Part shown: piece by piece, positions 18,979-29,082 of the stretch
Position numbering within the stretch: position 1 is the stretch's first letter
Layout of the letters: each line of letters begins with the position of its first letter
DNA from: Thermoplasmatales archaeon SW_10_69_26
GTDB lineage: Archaea; Thermoplasmatota; SW-10-69-26
Length of the DNA: 51,083 nucleotides
NCBI GenBank assembly: GCA_003009755.1
Contig: PXUB01000046.1
Span: forward strand, 1 to 51,083
Direction: 5' to 3'
Made by a program: the position numbers and the translations under genes
The notes under the pieces: model-generated
The model's input: only the letters and a program-made list of their open reading frames with translations
What the model was told of the DNA's origin: nothing
Databases searched by the model: none

Positions 18979-19227
18979 ACTATGTACGAATCTGAACATA
19001 TACGAATGTTACGTAGGGCCATCGTCACCCGGCCGCCCTGACGGCAGATGGATTGTCGCCGCCTCGAACGGCCCCGCCGAGGCTCGCCGACCGGCGCTCG
19101 TTTCCCGCTCTCCCCGGAGAGCTCCGGGTCCCCGAACCCACCCGCTGGGCTGCGAAGATGTTCGTGCGCACGTCCAAGCCCTACTCCGCGGATGGCAGGG
19201 GTGCGAGCGGGAAGGAGTTGACCCACG

Positions 19228-19977
19228 ATGCCTACGAGATCGAGTTCTGCGGAAACCAGCGAGGAGACGGACGGTGAGGACGGCGTGGGCCGGATCCCCA
19301 GCGAGCCCGTCGTCGAGAAACGGGTCGATCTCCCCTGCCGTGCGGCCGGGTTCACGACACCGCCCTGCAAGGTCCAGCTGAAGTTCCTCCAGGAGGACGA
19401 GGGCTGGACGCTCGTGGCCACGACGCCGCCCGCCAAACCGCCGAAGGTGGCCCAGTGGCTCGAGGACCGCGACCCCGTGTCGATCCACATCGCGCCGGGC
19501 CTGTCGCCGAAGGTGCTGCGGGCCAACTTCGACGAGCTGCCGACGGACTGGGAGGCGCTGCTGACGATGGCCGACATCCGGTTCATCGAGGTCAACCCTG
19601 GCGGAGCGGCGTCGATCTTCGTGGAGGACACCTCCGCTCGCATCGAGGAGCTCGTCTCCTCGCTCGAGGAGGAGACCGCGGACGTGCGTGTCCGCGAGAT
19701 GCAGTCCGGTCCGCGCGAGGCCGGCGTCACCGCGCGCCAGCAGGAGATCCTCTCGCTGGCCGTGGCCCACGGCTACTACGAGATCCCGCACAACCTGACG
19801 CTGCGCGACCTCGCCGAGAAGCTCGACCTCAGCGTCGGCACCGTCTCCCAATTGCTGCGACGCGCCGAGGCGCGCATCATCACCAGCTACGTGGACGCCG
19901 TCTCGGAGTCGCGCTGGGAACGCGAGTCGATCCGCGAGTCGATCGAGACCCTCGACCTGGCGCCCTCCGACGTCTGA
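19228..19977 (+). CDS. HTH_10 (bacterio-opsin activator-type) regulator
   Basis: TARQQEILSLAVAHGYYEIPHNLTLRDLAEKLDLSVGTVSQLLRRAEARII; start uncertain. Confidence 0.85.
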   Translation: MPTRSSSAETSEETDGEDGVGRIPSEPVVEKRVDLPCRAAGFTTPPCKVQLKFLQEDEGWTLVATTPPAKPPKVAQWLEDRDPVSIHIAPGLSPKVLRANFDELPTDWEALLTMADIRFIEVNPGGAASIFVEDTSARIEELVSSLEEETADVRVREMQSGPREAGVTARQQEILSLAVAHGYYEIPHNLTLRDLAEKLDLSVGTVSQLLRRAEARIITSYVDAVSESRWERESIRESIETLDLAPSDV

Positions 19978-20238
19978 TCGTCGCGCTCGGCCTCGAGCCG
20001 ATCGAGGCCGGGCTCTCCTCCGCCGGCCGCTTGCTTCTCCCCCAGCCGAGACCTTCGCCGGATCGGTCTCGGCCCTCGAGGTTCGCACCTCAGCAGGGCC
20101 GATGCTCACCGACTCACGAGGCGCCCTGGGACCGGGCATCACGGGTGGAGATCGACGCCGGCGGAGCCCCGACATGTGGCCGTCAGCGAGGGTCCATGTG
20201 TTGGCCCCGACGCAAGGAGGGAACGCGGGTGACGCGCA

Positions 20239-21018
20239 GTGGTATGCAACGAACGCGAGAAGGCTGAGACGGCGGGCGGTGCGGACGGTCGATCACGGTC
20301 CCGGTTCCCGGGCTTCTCCTTCCTCTGGGTCGTGGCCGTCGTCAGCCTGCTCGGGCTCGCCGCGCCCGCCCTCGCGCAAAGTCAAAGCGGCGGCGGAAGC
20401 AGCGAGGACTGCACCGGCGGCGGCGTCAACGGCGAGTGCAACGCGTTCGGCAGGATCGCCATGCAGAACCGCGAGGAGGTCCGCGGCGAGCCGGTCGACG
20501 TGAACACGACCGTGACGCTGAACACCTCCTACGAGGACCGGGGCGCCCGCTGGGTGATGTTCTCGGTCCGCAACGTCACCGCCGACGGCGACAGCCCCGT
20601 CTCGATCCGGCTGAACTCGTTCGCCACGGACGAGGGCGAGGTCGTCACGACGCGCGTCGTGCACGAGGAGCCCAACGAGCTCAACCTGTGGGTGGACGTG
20701 CTCGATCTCCCCGTCCACAAGGAGATCGAGATCGACGTCACCGTCGGCGTGACCGACGAGGGCGCCTACGCGTTCGAGACGCTCGTGCTGGCCTTCGACC
20801 GCGGCTACGACCCCGTGCAGATGGCGAACGGTGACAAGGCCAGCCTGTTCTCGTACACGCTGCTCGGTGTCAACGAAGCCACCGACCCGATCGGCAGCTC
20901 TACCTCCTCGGACGGCGCCTTGGGCGTGCTGAGCGAGATCCCCGCTCCTTCGGCGCTGGCCACACTGGGCACGATCACCCTAGCCGCCGCAGCCTGCCTC
21001 GGGAGGGAGCCGCGATGA
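20239..21018 (+). CDS. Secreted protein with C-terminal sorting signal
   Basis: Signal peptide ending APALAQ; beta-rich core; SEIPAPSALATLGTITLAAAACLGREPR tail. Confidence 0.7.
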   Translation: MVCNEREKAETAGGADGRSRSRFPGFSFLWVVAVVSLLGLAAPALAQSQSGGGSSEDCTGGGVNGECNAFGRIAMQNREEVRGEPVDVNTTVTLNTSYEDRGARWVMFSVRNVTADGDSPVSIRLNSFATDEGEVVTTRVVHEEPNELNLWVDVLDLPVHKEIEIDVTVGVTDEGAYAFETLVLAFDRGYDPVQMANGDKASLFSYTLLGVNEATDPIGSSTSSDGALGVLSEIPAPSALATLGTITLAAAACLGREPR

Positions 21019-21740
21019 TCCGCGGCCCCGATCCCGAGATGGGGAAGGTTCCCCGCCAGCTGACCGAGATCGTCGGGGACCGCCCCGGGATCCACTTCCG
21101 GGAGCTCAAACGGGCCGCGGATCTGTCCTCGAACGGGCAGCTTCGCCACCATCTGGACCGGCTGAAGCGCGAAGGCGTGCTCGTCGAGATCAAGGACGGC
21201 GGCTTCAAGCGATTCTTCATCGCCGGCGAGCACGACCCCGAGCTCCGGCGAGGCCTGGCCCGGTTCGCGCGCCGCGTCCCGCGGTTGATCGCCAAGCTGC
21301 TGCTCCGGCAACCGTTGAACCGGACCGAGCTCCGCCAGCGGTTGGACTGCGCCGATTCGACGCTGGGCTACCACCTCAACCGCATGATCGAGCTCGGCGA
21401 TCTCGAGCGCAACCGCCAGGGCAACATGTGCCTGTACTCGCTGACGGACCCACCCTTCGTGCGGCACGTGCTGCACGATCTCGGCGAGACGTTCCCGGGG
21501 GAGGCGCCCAAGACGGACGGCGAGGTGCCCGCCGCCCAGATCGCGCGCCGTCACTACGAGAACCTGGGCCCCGGCTGGTCCCTGCACCGGGACCACCCGC
21601 CGCAGCGATCGCCCGACGGCGAGCCCGAGGCCAAGGCGATGGGGGCTGCCCGTCGACGGGATGGCAAGGCCGAGTCCTCCCTGGACGCCGGCACCGTCGG
21701 CGAGGACCTGGAGGTCGTCGAGTGGCCCCGTCCTGGGTAG
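21015..21740 (+). CDS. Double winged-HTH transcription regulator
   Basis: PGIHFRELKR...GQLRHHLDRL and TELRQRLDCADSTLGYHLNRM; ATGA overlap with upstream gene. Confidence 0.82.
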   Translation: MIRGPDPEMGKVPRQLTEIVGDRPGIHFRELKRAADLSSNGQLRHHLDRLKREGVLVEIKDGGFKRFFIAGEHDPELRRGLARFARRVPRLIAKLLLRQPLNRTELRQRLDCADSTLGYHLNRMIELGDLERNRQGNMCLYSLTDPPFVRHVLHDLGETFPGEAPKTDGEVPAAQIARRHYENLGPGWSLHRDHPPQRSPDGEPEAKAMGAARRRDGKAESSLDAGTVGEDLEVVEWPRPG

Positions 21741-23050
21741 CATGGATCCGCCGATGGAGCCCACGGCTCGCCGACATCCTGGAGAAAGCCCAGCACCGCA
21801 ACGCCTACTACCTGATGGCCAGCCAGGCGGCCGCGGCCGCTGCCGGCCTGCTGTTCTGGTGGCTTCTGACGGCGGTGGGCCAGGTACCCGCCGACCAGGT
21901 CGGTGTCGGGTACGCGATCGTGTCGATGGGCGCCACCGTGGGCGTCATCGCCAAGGGCGGCTTCGACGCCGCGCTCGTGCGCACCGTGCCCGAAGCCAGC
22001 GCCGACCACGGCCGTCGGTTGCTGTGGCTGGCCGTCGGCCTGGCGTCCGCCATCGCCATCGGGCTCGCGCTCGCGCTCGGCCTGGCCGCCACGGTCACCT
22101 CGGCGCTGCCCGACTTCACCGCGCTCGGCTGGACGCTCGTCGCCGCGATCGGCGCGCTCATGGTGACGACCTGGCTGCAGGACGCCTACTTCATGGGCGA
22201 GGGCGACGCCAAGCACACCTTCCACCGCAACGCGGTCCTCTCGGGCGCCCGCATGCTGCTCCCGCTGCCGGTGGTCGCGCTCGCCTTGCCCCAACCGGTC
22301 GCGACGAGCTGGGGCTTGGCTCTGGGTGTCTCGGCCGCGACCGCGGCCATCGCCACCTACCGGCTCCCTTCGCGGCAGGGCGAGATCGTCCCGGAGGGCA
22401 CGTTCCTGCGGCGCGCGGTCCGCAACATCACCGGCGGCGCCGCCCAGTTCCTGCCCGGCCTGTTGCTCGTCCCGATGATCTTGGTCATCAACGGGCCCGA
22501 CGCGGCCGGGTACTTCGGGATCGCCTGGACGGCGGCGAACCTGCTGTTCCTCGTGTCCTCGGCGATCGCGCGCAGCGCCCTGGCCGAGATGGCCGGCGAT
22601 CGTCCCGAGCGCGAAGAGGCCGAGGCGATCCGCAAGGGCACCCTGCAGCACCTGTGGATCGTCGCCCCAGCCGCGATCGTCGGCATCCTGTCGGCCCCGT
22701 ACCTGTTGGCGATCTTCGGGCCGGCCTACGCCGACCGCGCCGCGACCACGTTCCGCATCCTGTGCGCCAGCAGCGCGTTCGTCTCGCCCTTCTACCTGTA
22801 CTTGGCCGTGCTCCGTGCCCGCGACGACCCCGGTCCGTTGATCGTGTTCCCGGCGGCGATGATCGCCGTCCTGTTCGTGATCGCGCCGCCCTTCAACGCC
22901 CGGTTCGGGTTCTCCGGCGTGGCCGTGGCCTGGTTCCTGGCCAACGTGCCCTTCGGGCTCTACGCCGCCCTCAAGCTCAAGCAGCACGCCAGGGAGGTGA
23001 TCCAGCCTGCCGGACCCGCGCCTGTCCGTGCTGATTCTCACCTGGAATGA
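21722..23050 (+). CDS. Wzx/MOP-family oligosaccharide flippase
   Basis: About 12 TM helices; NAYYLM...GLLFW...VGVGYAIVS...GGFDAALVR and AAGYFGIAW patterns; start uncertain. Confidence 0.82.
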   Translation: MAPSWVAWIRRWSPRLADILEKAQHRNAYYLMASQAAAAAAGLLFWWLLTAVGQVPADQVGVGYAIVSMGATVGVIAKGGFDAALVRTVPEASADHGRRLLWLAVGLASAIAIGLALALGLAATVTSALPDFTALGWTLVAAIGALMVTTWLQDAYFMGEGDAKHTFHRNAVLSGARMLLPLPVVALALPQPVATSWGLALGVSAATAAIATYRLPSRQGEIVPEGTFLRRAVRNITGGAAQFLPGLLLVPMILVINGPDAAGYFGIAWTAANLLFLVSSAIARSALAEMAGDRPEREEAEAIRKGTLQHLWIVAPAAIVGILSAPYLLAIFGPAYADRAATTFRILCASSAFVSPFYLYLAVLRARDDPGPLIVFPAAMIAVLFVIAPPFNARFGFSGVAVAWFLANVPFGLYAALKLKQHAREVIQPAGPAPVRADSHLE

Positions 23051-23987
23051 GGTCGAGGACATCACCGACTGCCTGCACGCGATCGAGGACCAGACCGAGC
23101 GCCGGATCGAGGCCGTCGTGGTCGACGCCGACAGCGACGACGGCACGATCGAGGCGATCGAGGCCGCCCGGGACCGGATGGAGGTGCCGGTGCGGCTGGA
23201 CGTGGCCGACGAGCGGTTGCCGATCGGGGAGGCCCGCAACCGGGCCGTGGGCTTGGCTGGCGCCCCGAACGTGGCCTTCGTCAGCGCCGACGTCGAGCTG
23301 CACGAGGACTGGGCCCGCCAGGCGCTGGCCTCGCTCGAGGACGCCGACATGGTTTTCTCCCGCCAGGTGCACGCCCCCCGATCCTGGTCCGTGGGCGCGG
23401 CCGCCCGCGGCCTGCGCTACCACTTCCCCGACGAGCCGACCGACGACCCGCTGCGGTATGCCTCCAACGCGGCCGCCGCCTACCGACGCGAGGTCCTCGA
23501 GACGTTCCCCGTCGACCCCGCCGTCGTCGCCGTCGACGACCTGTTGCTCGCCGCCCGCGCCGCCCGCGCCGGCCACGAGGCCACCTACAACCCGGCGATG
23601 GTCGCCTACCACCACGACGTCGCCGACCTCGCGGGCGAAACGAGTAAGTGCGTGCGCGAGGCGCGGGGATGGGGCCTCAACGTGCACGAGCTGGGCCCCA
23701 TGACCCCCGTCCTCGCTTGGGGCTTGGCTCTGCTCGCGGTCTTGGCCGTCCTCGCCGGCGGCCTGCTCGGGCTCGGGCTGGCGACCGTGCTCGCCGTGGT
23801 CGTCCTGTGGGCGCCGGTCGTGCGGCGGGTGCCGCGGGCCCTCGGCCAGATGCCGCCGACGGCGCTGGCCGGTGGGGTCCTGGTGGGCCCGTTCCTGGAT
23901 CTCGTGTTCCTGTTCAACTACGCGCGGGGGCTTTGGGAGGCCCTGGTCTCGCGACCGAGCGCCGACCCCGAGGGGATGCAACGATGA
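23007..23987 (+). CDS. GT2 glycosyltransferase with C-terminal TM helices
   Basis: LSVLILTWNE, VVDADSDDGT, ARNRAV; GGAGGTGA SD points to CTG 23007 (alternative GTG 23028). Confidence 0.85.
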   Translation: MPDPRLSVLILTWNEVEDITDCLHAIEDQTERRIEAVVVDADSDDGTIEAIEAARDRMEVPVRLDVADERLPIGEARNRAVGLAGAPNVAFVSADVELHEDWARQALASLEDADMVFSRQVHAPRSWSVGAAARGLRYHFPDEPTDDPLRYASNAAAAYRREVLETFPVDPAVVAVDDLLLAARAARAGHEATYNPAMVAYHHDVADLAGETSKCVREARGWGLNVHELGPMTPVLAWGLALLAVLAVLAGGLLGLGLATVLAVVVLWAPVVRRVPRALGQMPPTALAGGVLVGPFLDLVFLFNYARGLWEALVSRPSADPEGMQR

Positions 23988-25312
23988 CCACGATCGAGAA
24001 CGCCAACCCGAGCGCCGACCACGCGACCGTGTTCGTGATCCTGGACGCAGGCCGGTCCGACTACGTCCGCGAAGACGCGATGCCGTTCCTGCACGGGCTC
24101 AGCCGGACCGGCTACCGGGGCTCGTTCGAGAGCCCGCCCGGCTTCGCCCAGCGCACGACGATGTTCAGCGGGCGCTACCCGGACACCTCCGGCAACTTCA
24201 GCCAGTTCGTGTTCGCCCCCGAGCGCTCGCCCTTCGACTGGGTCGAGTCGCTGGGCCCGTTAGGCAAGCTCGTCCGTCCGCGCAAGGTGCTGGCCCCCAC
24301 GCGCTGGGCGATCGACTGGATCACCGCGAAGAAGACCGGCCACTTCCAGACCGATCCCGCCTGGATCCCGCCCGAGTTCATGCCCTACTTCGCGATGTGC
24401 GAGGACACCCAGCCCGTGTTCGAGGACGGGGCGCTGGGCGCGCCCAGCATCTTCGACCTGTGCCGCGAGCACGGGTTGGCCTTCCGCTACCTGGCGCACC
24501 CGGTCAGCGGCGACGACGAGGAGGTGTTCGACACGCTCGTCCGCGAGCTCCGCCAGCATGCCCCCTACGATCTCTACCTGGCGCAGTTCAGCATCACCGA
24601 CGAGGGCGGCCACGAGCACGGCCCGTTCAGCGACGCGATGCAGCAGCGGTTCCTGCGCGACGTCGACGCCAAGCTGGCCACGATCCACGCGCTGTTGTCC
24701 ACCCGCTACGACTCCTGGGACCTGTTCGTCGTCGGCGACCACGGCATGGCGCCGGTCGAGCAGCGCGTCGACGTGCTCTCGGCGTTGGCGGAGACCGAGG
24801 CCGAGCCAGCCGAGGATTACGTCGTCTTCGTCAACAGCACGCTCGCGGTCCTGTGGTACCTGACCCCGAAGGGACGGAAGGCGATCCGGGCCAAGCTGCC
24901 CGAGATCGAGGGCGCCCGCGTGCTCGACGAGGACGAGCGCCGCGACCGTCGCATCCCGACCGAGGAGCGCTGGGGTCAGGACATGCTCGCCGCCGAGTCG
25001 GGCGTGCTGTTCTGGCCGGACTACTTCCACGTGAGGGACTCCACCGTGCGCGGCATGCACGGCTACCTCGACAAGTCCGACGAGGGGCTGGGCATGGCCG
25101 TGCTGGCCTCCAGCGACCCCGTCGTGGAACCCCGGGAGGCCGACCCGCGCTCGCTGGTGGACGTGTTCGCCACGCTTTGCGGGCTGCTGGGCCTGCCCGT
25201 TCCGGACACCCAGGAGGGCACCAGCCTGCTGGATCGGGCCCGCAGGGAACCGCCGGTGGCCGAACCCGAGCAAGAGCCCCCCGAACCCGAGCAGGTCGTC
25301 TCCGATGGCTGA
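23984..25312 (+). CDS. Alkaline phosphatase superfamily (nucleotide pyrophosphatase/phosphodiesterase-like) protein
   Basis: VILDA, DEGGHEHG, GDHGM, GMHGY metal-ligand motifs. Confidence 0.82.
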   Translation: MTTIENANPSADHATVFVILDAGRSDYVREDAMPFLHGLSRTGYRGSFESPPGFAQRTTMFSGRYPDTSGNFSQFVFAPERSPFDWVESLGPLGKLVRPRKVLAPTRWAIDWITAKKTGHFQTDPAWIPPEFMPYFAMCEDTQPVFEDGALGAPSIFDLCREHGLAFRYLAHPVSGDDEEVFDTLVRELRQHAPYDLYLAQFSITDEGGHEHGPFSDAMQQRFLRDVDAKLATIHALLSTRYDSWDLFVVGDHGMAPVEQRVDVLSALAETEAEPAEDYVVFVNSTLAVLWYLTPKGRKAIRAKLPEIEGARVLDEDERRDRRIPTEERWGQDMLAAESGVLFWPDYFHVRDSTVRGMHGYLDKSDEGLGMAVLASSDPVVEPREADPRSLVDVFATLCGLLGLPVPDTQEGTSLLDRARREPPVAEPEQEPPEPEQVVSDG

Positions 25313-26348
25313 GCCCACGTACACGATCCACGACTCCCCCGAGGTCGTCGAGCGGATCGAGACCGATCTGGCCACGATCGTCGATCGCGTTCGCGAGGCC
25401 GACCCGCACCTGCGCTCGTTGATCTTGACCGGCGGGTTCGCCCGCGGCGAAGGAACGGTCGTCGACGGGGCCCCGCAAAACGACTACGACCTCGTGGGCA
25501 TCCGGGGCCTCGGCAGCCCGCAGCGACCCTACGAGGACGTGCGCCGCGAGCTGGAGGACGAGATCGGGCTCCACATCGATCTGGCCCGCGTCCCCTCCTG
25601 GCGGCTGCGCTGGGTTCCGGCCTCGATCTTCTGGTACGAGACCCGCCACCGGGGCCGATGCCTGTGGGGGGAGGACCTGCTGGGCCGCATCCCGATCGAG
25701 GACCGCGAGGACCTGGCCCCCAGCGAGGGTTTGCGCTTGCTCGTCAACCGGGCGGCCGGCCTGTTGCTGGTGACCCGGGCCAACGACGATCACGCCCACC
25801 GCATCCAGGCGGCCAAGGGCTTGCTCGCCGCGCTGGACGCCCACCTGTTCGCGCTGGGCGCCTTCCCCCCCAGCCAGACCGAACGCTGGGACCGGTTCCG
25901 CTCGCTGCGAGCCGACGACGCGGTGCCGGCGGTGCTGGACCGCCACACCGACTGGCTGCGCTGGGCGTTGGGGTTCAAGGTCGACCCCGAGGGGGTCGAC
26001 GCCCGGGACGGGCTCGAGGCCTGGCGGGCGGCGGCGCGAGCGATCCTGGACGCGGTCCCCGTCTCCCTGGACCACGCGGGGTACGACTCGTTGGAGGACT
26101 ACGAGACCAGCGACGGCCTGATCGACCACCTGCACTTCTTCCGTCACGCCGGCGCGATCCCGCAGGCGCCGCGCCTTATGCGCCATCCGACCGGCCGGGT
26201 GCGGACGGCGACGCTGCGGTTGCTGGAGGCCTCCCAGGACGGGCTCGTCCGGCACGAGGACGCCCGCGAGTGCCTGGGCTCGATCGCCGAGGTCGACGGG
26301 CAACCCCTCAAGCTGTTGGACGACCTGCGCGACGCCACGCTGCAGTGA
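25305..26348 (+). CDS. Pol-beta-like nucleotidyltransferase domain protein
   Basis: SLILTGGFARGEG...NDYDL, third Asp in HIDL, helical C-terminal domain. Confidence 0.7.
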   Translation: MAEPTYTIHDSPEVVERIETDLATIVDRVREADPHLRSLILTGGFARGEGTVVDGAPQNDYDLVGIRGLGSPQRPYEDVRRELEDEIGLHIDLARVPSWRLRWVPASIFWYETRHRGRCLWGEDLLGRIPIEDREDLAPSEGLRLLVNRAAGLLLVTRANDDHAHRIQAAKGLLAALDAHLFALGAFPPSQTERWDRFRSLRADDAVPAVLDRHTDWLRWALGFKVDPEGVDARDGLEAWRAAARAILDAVPVSLDHAGYDSLEDYETSDGLIDHLHFFRHAGAIPQAPRLMRHPTGRVRTATLRLLEASQDGLVRHEDARECLGSIAEVDGQPLKLLDDLRDATLQ

Positions 26349-26351
26349 GGC

Positions 26352-27482
26352 TCAGGGTGGGCCGGCGCGGAGGGCCTCGGCCAGCACGCTCTCGGTGCGG
26401 GACGCCAGGCGGCCCCAATCGTGGTCGGCCAGGACGCGTTGGCGGCCCCGACGACCCAGCCGGGCGGCCAGCTCGTCGTCGTCGAGCACCTCGATCAGCC
26501 GATCGGCCAGGTGCTCGGGGTCGCCCGGGCGGGCCAGCAGCCCGTTGTCGCGGTGGTCGACGAAGTCGGGGATGCCGCCGATCTTGGACCCGACGACCGG
26601 GCGCCCGCAGGCGTTGGCCTCGGCGAGGACCATGCCGAAGGACTCGGCCTCGCTCGTGCTCGGCAACACGACCACGCGCGAGCGCTGGTAGGCGTCGACG
26701 AGGGCTCGATCGGAGACCCGGCCCAGGACCTCCAAGGCGCCGTCGACACGGGAGCTGCGGGCCTGGAACTCGGCCACGCGGTCGCCCTCGCCCACGATCG
26801 TCAACCGAGCCTCGGGCCGTCGTTTGCGCACCCGTTGGAAGGCCTCCCACAAGGTGTCCAGGCCCTTCCACTCGTACGTGGAGGACAGCGGGCCCACGAA
26901 CAGGATCCGGCCGCCCTCGGGCCCGCCGTCGGGGGCGAAGCGCTCGGCGTCGACCCCCGGCGGGACGACGGTGACGCGGTCGCGGTGGTCGGCCAGCGCC
27001 TGCTCGCGCACGAACGGGCTCGCCGCGATCAGGCGGGCGCTTTTCTCCAGCACCAGGGCCTCGACGGTGCGCCGGTGGAGGCCGGCGAGGACGTCCAGGA
27101 GACGTGAGCTGCCGTGCAACCGACCGGCGTGGTAGGTGACGACGAAGGGGACACGGGCCCGCCAGGCGGCCAAACACGCCGACTCGGCGGGGAACGGGAC
27201 GGGGGTGTGGGCGACGACGACGTCGGGGTCGCGCCGCTGGACGGTCGCGTGCAGCTCTCGTGGGAAGCTCGGGGACACGGGCGCGTTCCCGATGCGGACC
27301 GCCGGCTGCCGCCGGTCGACCGTGACCCCATCTCGCTTGCCCTCGCCGGGATCCTCGCGGGTGAACGTCGCCACGTGCACGTCGTGGCCGCGGCCGGCCA
27401 ACCGGTGGTTGATCTCGTGGGCGTAGCGCTCGAGCCCGCCCCCCTCCGGCGGGTAGTAGGGGGTCACCGTCAGGACGTCCAC
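26352..27482 (-). CDS. GT4 glycosyltransferase
   Basis: PYYPPEGGGLE, FVGPL...KG, ESFGMVLAEANACGRPVV. Confidence 0.92.
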   Translation of the reverse strand: MDVLTVTPYYPPEGGGLERYAHEINHRLAGRGHDVHVATFTREDPGEGKRDGVTVDRRQPAVRIGNAPVSPSFPRELHATVQRRDPDVVVAHTPVPFPAESACLAAWRARVPFVVTYHAGRLHGSSRLLDVLAGLHRRTVEALVLEKSARLIAASPFVREQALADHRDRVTVVPPGVDAERFAPDGGPEGGRILFVGPLSSTYEWKGLDTLWEAFQRVRKRRPEARLTIVGEGDRVAEFQARSSRVDGALEVLGRVSDRALVDAYQRSRVVVLPSTSEAESFGMVLAEANACGRPVVGSKIGGIPDFVDHRDNGLLARPGDPEHLADRLIEVLDDDELAARLGRRGRQRVLADHDWGRLASRTESVLAEALRAGPP

Positions 27483-28636
27483 GGGGGCTCCTCCTCTTCG
27501 CTGGGGGGGGCCTCCAGCGGCGACGGGCCAGCGACCTCGAGCACCTCCTCGTAGACCGAGAGCACGCGCTCGGTGACCGCGTCCCAGGCGTACCGGTCGT
27601 GGATGCGCTCGGCCAGCGCGGGCCCGCGGGGCACGTCCTCGTAGGCCAAAGCTTCGCGCAACCGGTTGCGCAGGTCCGGCACGTCGCCGGGCTCGACGAC
27701 GTAGCCCCCCTCGCGGGCGACCTGGCGGACGCCGGGCAACCCGGAGGCGACGACCGGCGTGCCACAAGCCATGCTCTCCAGCAGGCAGATCCCGAAGGCC
27801 TCCTGTTGGTTCACGCTGGGCAGCACCGTCCAGCGAGCCCCGCGGTAGAGGGCCCCCAGCCGGTCGCCGTCGACGTAGCCGAGGAACTCGGCGTCAACGT
27901 CGAGGTCGCGAGCCCGGGCTTCGAGCGCCTCGCGGCGCGGGCCAGCACCGGCGACGCGCAGCGGTGGCACGTCCTCGAGACCGGCCAACGCCTCCAGCAA
28001 CACGCCCAGGCCTTTGTAGGGGACCAGGCGGCCGACGAACAGCAGGTAGTCCCCCGCTTCGGCGGGGCCCTCGGCGTGGAAACGGTCGGGATCGATCCCG
28101 TTGGGGACCTCGCGCAGGAGCTCGGTCGCCACGTGGTCGAGGCTCGGGATCGATCGGGCGTACTCGCGCGAGTTGACGAGCACGCGGTCGGCGCGACGGT
28201 AGGTGCGCGTGGCCAACCGGCGGTAGAGGCCGGCGGCCGCTTGCCCGAGCAAGGAGCCCAGCTCCGGTTCGAAGTGGAAGTCGAGGATGGTCGGCAGACC
28301 CAACCGGTCGGCCGCGCGGAGCACGGAGGGGGTCGTGAAGGGGTAGGTGGCAGGCACGTGGACCAGGTCGGTCTCGGGGTCCAGGTGGCTGGCCAGGCGG
28401 ACCAGGGGGGCGCGGAACAGGGTGCCGGCGCGCGGGACGCGCACGGTCTCGACGCCGCCCTCACGGGTGTTGCGACCGGGACCGTCGGTCGAGCAAAGCA
28501 GCCGCACGTCGTGACCGTGGAGCGCCAGGTTCAGCGACAGCTGCGAGAACACGCGCTCGACCCCGCCGACGTGAGCCTCGCCCGTGTGCGAGCGTTCGGG
28601 ATCGGGATCGAAGGGCGAGACGAGCGTGACGTGCAT
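27470..28636 (-). CDS. GT4 glycosyltransferase
   Basis: GGVERV, PNGID, FVGRLVPYKG, EAFGICLLESMACGTPVV. Confidence 0.92.
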   Translation of the reverse strand: MHVTLVSPFDPDPERSHTGEAHVGGVERVFSQLSLNLALHGHDVRLLCSTDGPGRNTREGGVETVRVPRAGTLFRAPLVRLASHLDPETDLVHVPATYPFTTPSVLRAADRLGLPTILDFHFEPELGSLLGQAAAGLYRRLATRTYRRADRVLVNSREYARSIPSLDHVATELLREVPNGIDPDRFHAEGPAEAGDYLLFVGRLVPYKGLGVLLEALAGLEDVPPLRVAGAGPRREALEARARDLDVDAEFLGYVDGDRLGALYRGARWTVLPSVNQQEAFGICLLESMACGTPVVASGLPGVRQVAREGGYVVEPGDVPDLRNRLREALAYEDVPRGPALAERIHDRYAWDAVTERVLSVYEEVLEVAGPSPLEAPPSEEEEPPWTS

Positions 28637-29082
28637 CGCGGTCAGGTGGGCGGGCGAGCGGGTCGTTCACGCGCGGTCCCCGGTCTCCGTTCGTGCGGAC
28701 GCCGGGTCCTCGTGGTGGACCTCGCCGGGGTCCGGGTCGGACCCGCGGCGGTGGGCCCCGCCGCCCGGCTGGTCCGGCATGTCCGAGCGGTCGCCTTCCT
28801 CTCCGGCTTCCTGGCTCTCGTCGCGCCGGCCGGGGTGCTTGGATCCGGGCATCGGGACCACGTCGCTTTTGTGCCGGCCTCGACGGGTAAGGTTTCACGG
28901 ACAGAACCGAGAGGTCACCGACGGCGAGCTCCACGGCCGGACGTGATGGGGGACCCTCTCGTTGCCCTCGGGAGGGGCAAGCGCGCAGGCAAGAGGAGGG
29001 CCCATCTTGCTGTACGGATCGACGATACGCAGCCGAGACCGGTGTGCCTTGCCGACCGGTGCTCGGCCGTTGTCGCCCCCTG

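Noticed and set aside
19158-19277. Short upstream ORF overlapping the HTH_10 gene start
   Set aside because: No motif and no support for translation
28667-28861. 64-aa acidic ORF upstream of the GT4 operon
   Set aside because: Low complexity with no motif; cannot be distinguished from a spurious ORF
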